The translations under genes and the position numbers were made by a program. DNA of 64,000 bases from Octopus vulgaris (taxonomy: Eukaryota). The notes beneath the pieces are model-generated. The model ran no database searches. It had not been told where the DNA came from and saw nothing but the letters and a program-made list of their open reading frames with translations. The DNA lies in the NCBI GenBank assembly GCA_951406725.2, contig OX597834.1:1612001-1676000 (forward strand), written 5' to 3'. Of this stretch, positions 52,824 through 64,000 are shown one piece after another. The first letter of the stretch is position 1; each line of letters starts with the position of its first letter.

Positions 52824-53397
52824 AACACAAATTTACAAACGTACACACAGGCACAGGTAATCACGAGTTTAAAATGGTGTACAGTAGACATATGTATTTA
52901 TGTATGTACGTATGTATGTATATATGTATATGTATGTGTGTGTGAGTGTTTTTTGCGATGGACAGCAGAAAAGCCATCAACCCCATCTCTCCTTAACGCT
53001 ACGTATTCCGCACACCCACCTTTCTCTGTGTGTATGTGTGTGTGTGTGTGTGTGTTGTATCTATGTAATTTACGAAAGTATGTGTGTAGCATCGCGTGTA
53101 TGTGACAGCTGTATTAACGTTATCATCCCATTCCTACTGCTGTCCTCGCTTTCACTGATATAAGTCACCCTCTCTCTGCTACTACCTTTCCCTCAGACAC
53201 ATACTTTTTGTAATCTTCCTATTTTATCATATAATTCGCCCCTGGGGAGCACATTATAGATTTTTGTTGAAATCTAATTAGCCTATTATTGAACTGGATG
53301 TTAGTGTAACATGTATGCAAAGTTTCGTGTATATTGATTCGATGGTTTGGGCACTAAAGAGGATAACAGACAGACAAATGTTGCCGTTTATATATGT
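52228..53397 (-). mobile_element. Probable non-autonomous Helitron (~1.2 kb)
   Basis: CTAG at 52228-52231 with hairpin CCCG.CGTTGCCGGG; far end has ..CAAAGTTTC...ACAGACAGACAAATGTTGCCGTTTATATAT, like the other Helitron 5' ends here. Linkage of the two ends is inferred. Confidence 0.55.
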
Positions 53398-53455
53398 GTG
53401 TGTGTCTGTGTGTATGTGCGTGTGTGTGTCTGTCTGTCTGTCTGTCTGTGAATTT

Positions 53456-53496
<41 letters not shown>

Positions 53497-53547
53497 CATA
53501 TATATATGTGCTTGTGTGAGTGTGTGTGCGTATGTATGTGTGTGTAT

Positions 53548-53697
53548 GTTGTGGAACAATTCTAACCAGTGGCTAAAAGATGAACTGACACATTGTTATA
53601 AAACAAGAACTGCTATTCGCACACAGTTCTTTGTTTTATAACAATGAGTCAGTCCACCTTTTAGTCACTTGAAGAGTGGTTGGTATCTTTCCACAAC
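53548..53697. repeat. ~150-bp imperfect fold-back inverted repeat
   Basis: CTGACACATTGTTATAAAACAAGAACTG pairs with CAGTTCTTTGTTTTATAACAATGAGTCAG; outer GTTGTGGAA / TTCCACAAC. Confidence 0.85.
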
Positions 53698-53932
53698 GGT
53701 GGCGGAGAGCTGGCAGAAACGTTAGCACGTCGGGTGAAATGCTTAGCGGTATTTCGTCTGCCGTTACGTTGTGAGTTCAAATTCCGCCGAGTTCGACTTT
53801 ACCTTTCATCCTTTCGGGGTCGATAAATTAGGTACCAGTTGCGCACTGGGGTCGATGTAATCGACTTAATACCTATGTCTGTCCTTGTTTGTCCCCCCTA
53901 TGTTTAGCCCCTTGTGGGTAATAAAGAAATAC
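53698..53932 (+). mobile_element. SINE family A, full length, 15-bp TSD
   Basis: A/B boxes, core and tail; GTATCTTTCCACAAC at 53683-53697 and 53933-53947. Confidence 0.95.
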
Positions 53933-54528
53933 GTATCTTTCCACAACAGTATGCATGCATGTATGTATGTACGTATGTATGTGTAAGAGGTAAAAAGGCT
54001 AAAAAGGAGAATATGATGTATAAGAGGGCCTTGTGTTTACATAAAAACTAATATTCGTTAGTATGTATTAAATATAAGGCAGGAAAACATAAGCACTTAT
54101 CTGGAGTTAAAATGTCTAATCTCCTGACTTATCTATAAAGGGAACGTCTCTGATAGCCTTTTACTTATATTTTCAAATAACCGTTATAGCCCTTGGTTAT
54201 ATATCCAGCATGACTCTCATCTCTTTTTCACAAGGATAAACGTATGAATATCCTAGATTCAATTCTTCTGCTATATTCTTTCTCAAGTTCATTGAAATTT
54301 TGTTTAAACTTCCTGCGAGATATATAATTAAAGTAATTTAATGAATTTAATCTAATTCAGTTCAGTCATGAATTTACATTATTTTTATAGCTCTGTACAA
54401 AACGATCGTCTGCGTGTGTTAAAATTCTCTTATATATTTTAACAACTTGTCTCTTCCATTTTTAACTAAATTGATGAGTTTTATGGGACTTCTTTCTTCA
54501 CCACACATCATATATATATATATGTATG

Positions 54529-54561
<33 letters not shown>

Positions 54562-54680
54562 GCATCCTTTTTGTCTCGGGAGACAATGGAGTTGCGCATA
54601 AAGTAGTCTAGTCCGGCTTTTACATTTCATGTCCTGATACATTTCCTGCTGTGTCTGTGTAGTGTAGTGTAGTGATAAGT

Positions 54681-54729
<49 letters not shown>

Positions 54730-54770
54730 TACATACATGCATACATACATACATACATACATATATATAT

Positions 54771-54803
<33 letters not shown>

Positions 54804-55399
54804 AAGAGAGAGAGAGATACAAATGTATTGTCATATAATGATGCAGAAGAGAGAGAAAGCTGGAACGTCTCGAGTTCGTCTCCGATGCACAAAATAAATT
54901 CCGTTCCTTTTATACGTGGCATTTAATGGATAAAGTTGGTAAAAAGAAATTTTAAAAACCCATCCTTTTTAGAAAAATTTAAACAGTTGACACCAAGAGT
55001 AAAGAGAACCCTTGTGAAAGGCAAAGATTAATTCAGTCCTTGCTGCCCCACTCATGCAAAGTGTATCGGCTAAGGGGCGAAACGCTTGTGGCCTTGAGAT
55101 AATGTGAAAAGCTTTCCGATATTGCGATGGATTCCGAAAAAGGCATGCGATACCTCTGAGTAACTGGTGTAGTTTTTTCATAGAGCAAAGTTTCTCTGAT
55201 GCTGAAAAGAGCAAGTGATAGGAGAGACAGTGAAAAGATGAGGGAGCCATCAGTCAACACGATACATGCGTGTGTGTATACATATGTTGGTGGGTATATG
55301 TGGCGGGGGTGGATAGAGAAGCTGTACGTGTCAAAGCTGTTGTCAATAAATATTCTTCCTTTTCTCAGTGATTTTTAATTAAATATTTCCATTCGAACG

Positions 55400-55800
55400 C
55401 GTGCAATGGCGATTCACCATTTTTGTTTCTATTTCAAACAACCTCATCAGACCACTTGTTATATTTTCTCTCGTAGAAGCTTTTGATAAGAATATTCCAA
55501 TATTCCTGCTGCTGAATTAGCTCTGTATTAATAACAAATGAAATATCCTTATATATTTCTCTCGGGGCAAAATTTCCCCCAGATGTCGCGGTATATTGTT
55601 TGTTTTCCACAGACAAGCAACTTAATCATTATTCCGATCGTATTTTGGACAGTTCAATGGCTTCGTTCTCTCCTTTCCTTTGTTAAATGCTTTGGAGCTA
55701 CCTCCTGCTCCTTCAATACAAAAGCACAGATTTCGAATGTAGAAGTCACGAAGAATATGAGAAGATACACTTGTCAATTGTAGCCTCATCCTCGTCTTTA
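55400..55800 (-). pseudogene. Highly degraded RLE-type LINE fragment
   Basis: Minus strand AFVLKEQEVAPKHL, QEYWNILIKS, KYNKWSDEVV*NRNK parallel the EQEV.TK, YWWNIP and HNRPDIVVWD motifs (cf. 35835-36100). Confidence 0.5.
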
Positions 55801-55929
55801 CAGAAAACAACCATTTTCACCATACGCAGAATGTACATACATACATACATACATACGTACGTACATATATATACATACATATACATATGTGTGTGTGTGA
55901 GAGAGAGAGAGAGAGAGTATGTATGTGTG

Positions 55930-55967
<38 letters not shown>

Positions 55968-55969
<2 letters not shown>

Positions 55970-56960
55970 CAGACATGGCCGAAGTAAATAGACACCCTTA
56001 TAATTATTAAAATTTATTTAAATCTGAAATTATACATTCAAATTATTTATTAATTATTACAACGTGAATATCTAATATTTAGTAGACGTGCCCTTTGAAT
56101 TCTTAAATGCAAGGACCCTATTAGGCATGCTACAGATCAGATGATGAATATTCTCTTGCCAAGTTTCATGCAGTAATCTCAACAGATCTGGCTCGTCCAT
56201 TATGCCTCAGAGGTGTTCAATTGGGTTCGTATCTGCTGATTGGCTTGGCCACGGAAGCTTTTTAATGCCATTCTCTTCCAACCAATCTTGAGTCTTTTTA
56301 GCCGTGTGAAAAGGAGCCCCATCTTCAATAAATAAAGAGTTTTCTTTAATAATTTCATCACTGGAGAAAATTGGAAGAAGTCCTTTCTGCAATATGGACA
56401 CAAACTTATGTTTCTCTCACACACTCCACCAGCTCTGATCAACCATTGCTCCAAATTGCTCCCCAGACCATCACAGAAGAGCTGCTGTGTTTCATTATTG
56501 GCAACAATGTTTTCACGTCAAATTCTTAATCACAGAATCTCCAGACCCACACTCGACCACTCTCAGAAAATACAGCAAATCTGGACTCATTGGAGAATAT
56601 GACAATGTCCCGAAATGCCAGTGGCCTTTTCCACCTTCTCACTGACCAAATCTTCTCTCCGCTTGATGTTGGCTGGTCGAAGAAGTGGCTTCCTTCTTGC
56701 TGCTCTACCATAGTATCCAAGTTTATGGAGATATTTGAGAGCTGTTCTTGGACTGACATCAACTTGTTCTGCTATGTCAGAGGCCTTGCAACGGGAATTA
56801 TTCTCTAAACTTTCCTTTAAAAAGTGTGCGTGTGTGCATGCGCGTGCGTGGCGCGCCATGTGTGTATGCCATTCTATTTATTCCGGAAATATTAAAAGAA
56901 GAATCTTAGGAATATCTTCCAAGTTTCAACTGTGCCATTGATTGGTTGAACCTAGCGGAA
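55968..56960 (-). pseudogene. Tc1 (DD34E-type) transposon relic with one terminal repeat
   Basis: HTH ..VSPRTALKYLHKLGYYGRAARRKPLL, VIFSNESRF, DGAPFHTAKKTQDWL, WPSQSADTNPIEHL; TA^CAGACATGGCCGAAGTAAATAGACACCC end at ~55968. Confidence 0.88.
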
Positions 56961-57194
56961 GTTAGGTAACTTACCCAGCATTCCGAGATTTTTAAATAAA
57001 CCTTTCGTGCCACAACCTATAAAACCAGTTTGACAATAACTACAACTGGATACAAATAAACTAGCTACCTTAGCTGTAGCGCGTTCCGTCCAAACACATT
57101 GGTGACTTACAGATTTACCGCTGCTTCTACAATCCCTAACATAGACTCTATCAATTTATATAGGTCCAAGGTACAAATATTACTTGATTATCTC

Positions 57195-57392
57195 TAATAA
57201 TAGTGATAATGTCTGGTAGTGCTGATAATGCCCATTAACACGGATAATGTGTTATAGTACTGGTAACGCGTGACAGTGTTAATGTCTGCTAGTACTGATA
57301 ATATATGAGAGAACTGATAATGCGTAACAGTAGCGATAACGTAAATTAATAATCGATTTGATAATGTTTGGCGGAACTGATAATGTCTGTTC
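57195..57392. repeat. Degenerate ~20-bp minisatellite (CTGATAATG-containing)
   Basis: Recurring (C)TGATAATG(T) motif. Confidence 0.55.
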
Positions 57393-58419
57393 ATCGATGA
57401 AAAGTTCTAACAAGCAGAAACATATCTACAGTTGCTTCCCTTTATTGCCAACATCAGAATCCCTCACCAGTTCTTTCGATTCCTAATTTCCGTCAACTAT
57501 AATTTCACGCTTGCTTTCCCTGTCTTTCTTGTCAAACTGATTATTTTTTGCCTTCTCCAATTTTAATGTATTTATTAATTCAGTAAAATTTCATGATTCA
57601 CTGACATCAAGTATGTTACCACTGACCTAACTGTCTGGTTTTCATACAGAGCTCGTCTCTGGTTAATTCTTCCTACTTCCCTTACTAATACGGTAAAATA
57701 ACAAAAGGCAGATACACACAAAGCCCAGATAAAAGATTTGATGCAACCAGATTTATGATAAGATACAAATTAAACGAGACGCTCGGGTTGCGTATTAAAT
57801 GTTTGCTTCTTAATTAGAATTACAGTTTTTGTGTTTGAGTGACAGAATGGTAAATACAGCAGACGAGATGAGAAGGGGGAGATAAGTGAGCAGGGGGAGA
57901 TAAGTGGGTAGGGGAAGAAACGTGAGAAGAGAAAGCCAGAAATGGTTCAGAGACGAGCATAAACAGGAATTATGCTTCTTAAGAAAGGTCAGCATGTAGT
58001 CTGCAGCTTAGAATTGCAGAGTGATTGTATAGTCCGGTCAGATGTATCTGTGAGAGGATCTTCACTCACATTTCACGGCCCCGTTCACAACTCAACTCGC
58101 GCAACAATGCTACATAATTAAACGTGTAGTACATTGCTTTGTTGATTTCTTTTAGTCATTACCAATTAAGCGATTCTAATCAAACTAAATAGAAGACTAT
58201 AGTAGATTATAGAACCTTCAGTCTTAGAATCCTAGTTAAATGGTAATCATGCTTAGAAAGATTTCCAAGGAATTCCTGGGCTGAGGTTTAGATAAGAGGG
58301 AGGTTAAGCAGAACGTTGTCTTTTGAGTTCGATCTCACTACTTCGTGTAAGTTGACAAACTCCACGGAAGTGGACACAAAATAGTGCAAAGCTTTTAGAG
58401 AGATGTACGTAGAAACAAA

Positions 58420-60345
<1,926 letters not shown>

Positions 60346-60782
60346 ATGCGTACATAGCTCAACAAACAGAACTTCTTGATAAAAGTACAATTACTCAGCA
60401 TAAATTAGGTTAGCTGAGTTAATCCAGCTGGGATTTACCGCTAATCAAAGGGGATTATATCTGCATCCCCACATCAAACATAATAAACCCAAGTTTTCTC
60501 TCACTTTCAGGCGAAACTAATTTTTTTTTTCTCTCTCTCTTTTCTTTTAGTCATTTCTTTGTTATTTCTTAGATAATAATTACATCTCTTTGTCCAGCAT
60601 TTAGTCTTCTTCTCGGTCCACTAAACGTATTTTTCATTCTCTGAAGAGCAAAGTAATGACCTGATAATACTATTGTGAAACATTACGTTTTATTTCCGCC
60701 ATGTTCACATTACTATGGATTACCAAAACCCTCAGATAAACAACTTTCCTTTATATATTTCTTCTGCAAGTATATATATATA

Positions 60783-61191
60783 GGTGCAGGAGTGGTTGTG
60801 TGGTAAGTAGCTTGCTAACCAACCACATGGTTCCGGATTCAGTCCCACTGCGTGGCATCTTGGGCAAGTGTCTTCTGCTATAGCCCGGGCCGACCAATGC
60901 TTTGTGAGTGGATTTGGTAGACGGAAACTGTCGTATATATGTACATATATATGTGTGTGTGTGTTTGCGTGTCTGTGTTTGTTCCCCTAGTGTGTCTGTG
61001 TTTGTCCCCCTGCTTGACAACCGGTGTGTTTACGCCCCGTCACTTAGCGGTTCGGCAAAAGAGACCGATAGAATAAGTACTGGGCTTACAAAGAATAAGT
61101 CCCGGGGTCGATTTGCTCGACTAAAGGCGGTGCTCCAGCATGGCCGCAGTCAAATGACTGAAACAAGTAAAAGAGTAAAGAGTAAAGAGTA
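60783..61191 (+). mobile_element. SINE family B, full length
   Basis: GGTGCAGGAGTGGTTGTGTGGTAAG...GATTCAGTCCC...TA/TG linker...GCGGTGCTCCAGCATGGCCGCAGTCAAATGACTGAAAC with TAAAGAG-type tail. Confidence 0.93.
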
Positions 61192-61216
61192 TATTCAGAG
61201 AGAGAGAGTGGGGAGA

Positions 61217-61270
<54 letters not shown>

Positions 61271-62416
61271 CTATACAATATATATATACATATATGTATA
61301 TTTATTTTTATATCCTGTAAATAATAATAATGGTATTTTTTATATAAGCTTAAATCTTATGGTGATCACCGTGCAATGATTAAGGAAAATAGTCTAATAA
61401 AGGGGCATATAAGCCCTCGTTAGAAAAAGGAACGCTTTCCTATCCGCAGAATTGTAAATCACAGCGCCGTAATAAAAAAACCCATTGGAACCGAAAACAC
61501 ACACACACATATACGTGTAAATAAATACGCGCGTACATGTCGAACGATGAAAATGAGTGCTCAATACCATATTGGCGAATATAAGTAATTACTCGTGTAC
61601 TAAGGCTACCATTGGTTTCATGCTAAGGAATTATATTTTATTTGCGTTTTCTCTCGTGTTTTAATTCAAAATGGAGACGAATACCAATTTCTCCATGTGT
61701 TCGGTTTGAAAAATTGTTAAGATATTTGCTTGACATGAAACCAATGGTAACCTCAATACACAAATAAAAGTGTGTGTTTGTGTGTATGTGTGTGTGTGTG
61801 TGCGTGCGTATGTATGTGTGTATATATGTGTGCGTGCGTTTATTTATTCTGTTGCTTCCTTAAATCGTGGCCAGATGTTTCAACTTGCCTCTCCACACAG
61901 AAATTCTTCATAACTATAATTATTTATTTCAAGCACGGTGTATACATTATTTGTAAGAGACACATTTATTGTATACTTCTTTAAGTACTATTCAGGTTTC
62001 AATAAAAAAAACTGTAAAACTTAATTAATACCATTCCAACTACGTTAGTCCAGTTAGTATACAATACAGTGGAGTATATATAAGTCATCGCATTACTACG
62101 GTGTATATCTGTTTATATACTGTATTATGTATATATGATTTATATAAAGTATGCTATGTATAGAATTTATATGCTATCATATGATTTATATGAAAAATGA
62201 TGTATATATATTTAACATGATTTATGATATATGCATAATTTATATAAAATACGTTGTATATATAACAGTATTATACATACATCGTCAAATTTAGGGAAAG
62301 AAATGTTTCCGCTGAATAAACAAGCATTTCTGAAGCACGTTTACAACCTGAATCCGGAAATGCCGTTCGTTTTTACCAACCACGTCAGGACCTTAGTATG
62401 CACACGTTCTTGAATT

Positions 62417-62482
<66 letters not shown>

Positions 62483-64000
62483 TTCTGCCAACGATAGAGA
62501 AAATCCAAAAGGAGGCCTAAAACGGTTTAACACTGCTCCAAGGTCCGACCAGGACATAAACTCAAAGAAATCTAGATTTTTGTGAATAATCATGGTTGTG
62601 TGTATGCAGAGATTGGTGAAAGTAAATGGCATGTCTGAACTCAGCTGGAAAAAGTGCTTCGGAAACAGAAACGGTCCCAGCCCCAAATTCTGTAGACTTA
62701 TGATAATAAAATAAGATATATAATATGAAACAGGATGTGTATATACTTATATAATCCATTTGTAAAATGTTGTGTGTACATAATTTATATGAAACAGGTT
62801 GTATATTTATAATTTATATGAAATATTGCTTATTTCATTTGTATCGTTTAATATAAGCTTAGATGTAGTTGCGTGATTAACAACGTCACTCCATAATCAC
62901 GTGGTTTCTGTTTGACTCCACTGTACGCCATCTTTAAAAACATTAGTTGAAAAGAAACCGTTCTGGTGCATCTTCGTTTTTAGGACGCCATTAAGGTGAA
63001 AGTATTTATTTTATCAGAAGTATGTGGCTTCCAATAAACGTATTTTCCTATAAAATGAACCTATAAAGAAACGGAAGTAAACTATAGAAGCGGTAGAGTT
63101 CCGGTTGGGCAAATGTATCATCCAGTGCGGTTCTGTCCTTCTTGGAGTTGGATCCCTCGAATGTTTGAATCAAATTGCAAATTAACGTGAGCAAACCACG
63201 ACTATCGATTTGTCAGGAGTAACGAATATCAAAAGAATTATATCGATAAACAGGAAATATCCAAGATATATTTTGGGGACATGATAGCCTTCTGCATTGT
63301 ATTTCCTGATTGTGTTGAGGCTATCAAACTTGGTGAAGAACTACATTTTGTAAGTGGATGTCCATGGAGATGTATCAAGGGAATTTGTCACCAGAAATTG
63401 TTATTGCAAGCACATTGTCCAAAAGAAAAGTATTTCTTGCGAAAGTGACTGAGCTCAGGGATTACAGGGTGTCACGTGGTGAGTATTAAGATAATATCCA
63501 ATAAAAAGACTTTCACTTTTTCGGCTGACAAAACAGATGCTGTCATATCTCTGGAGCCAAGTCAAAGAAGAATCGTCAACATTTCTCATTGAAGAAAAAA
63601 AGTTCGTGTGAAGATTTTTAAAAATACGGTTATTTCAAAGATTTTCGAAGAGAATAAATATATATATATATAGGTACGTACATATATGTTTATATATATG
63701 CATATGTTTTATTTCATTTATTAATATATTATATGACTAAACGCACGCACCCCCTTAAGTAAGATTGTTCTGTATATCAAGTTTTGGTCTTGATATTATC
63801 TCTGACGCGCACTCTTCACCTTTCTGTCCCATCCCTATTCTTTGATTTTCTTTTTCCTCAACTTAACTTGTCTCTTCCTCTCTCTCTCATTCTTCACTCT
63901 CTCTCCCCCTCACCATTCTTCATGGTCTCCTCGCAGCCATTCCCCTTCTTCTCTCCCTTCCTCTTGCTCCTCCTCCCCCTTCCCATCGTCCACCCGCGAC

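Noticed and set aside
55425-55460. Minus-strand CTGATGAG...GAAA hammerhead-like motif
   Set aside because: No stems, and better explained as the decayed PDIVVW motif of an RLE LINE.
63180-63430. Possible further RLE LINE relic (LHFVSGCP...REFVTR)
   Set aside because: Only a short motif resemblance; too degraded to call.

Overview
AT-rich eukaryotic DNA saturated with microsatellites and transposon debris. The tRNA-derived SINE families and repeat density suggest a coleoid cephalopod (Octopus-like); this is an inference from recall, not a database result. I can support no host protein-coding exon, and most of the supplied ORFs are microsatellite translations. Recognisable content: (1) a ~4.5 kb Tx1/L1-clade LINE (minus strand) sitting between (GATA)n tracts, with ORF1 and the start of the AP-endonuclease but no RT core and a scrambled C-terminus; (2) at least seven fragments of RLE-type (R4/Dong-like) LINEs, the clearest flanked by (TAA)n; (3) a Penelope-like RT fragment with no GIY-YIG domain; (4) several minimal type-I hammerhead ribozyme motifs, and fold-back palindromes that carry hammerhead remnants; (5) Tc1, maT-like, mariner and hAT relics, Helitrons and a HINE/DINE-like element; (6) three SINE families and an unclassified ~200-250 bp repeat with a tandem cluster; (7) a 29-bp minisatellite of ~49 units and a ~1.3 kb (AAT)n tract. 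Most worth follow-up are the hammerhead/fold-back set, the RT-less GATA-flanked Tx1 element, and a SINE that has captured a perfect 74-bp copy of its own flank. Boundaries of degraded elements are approximate.
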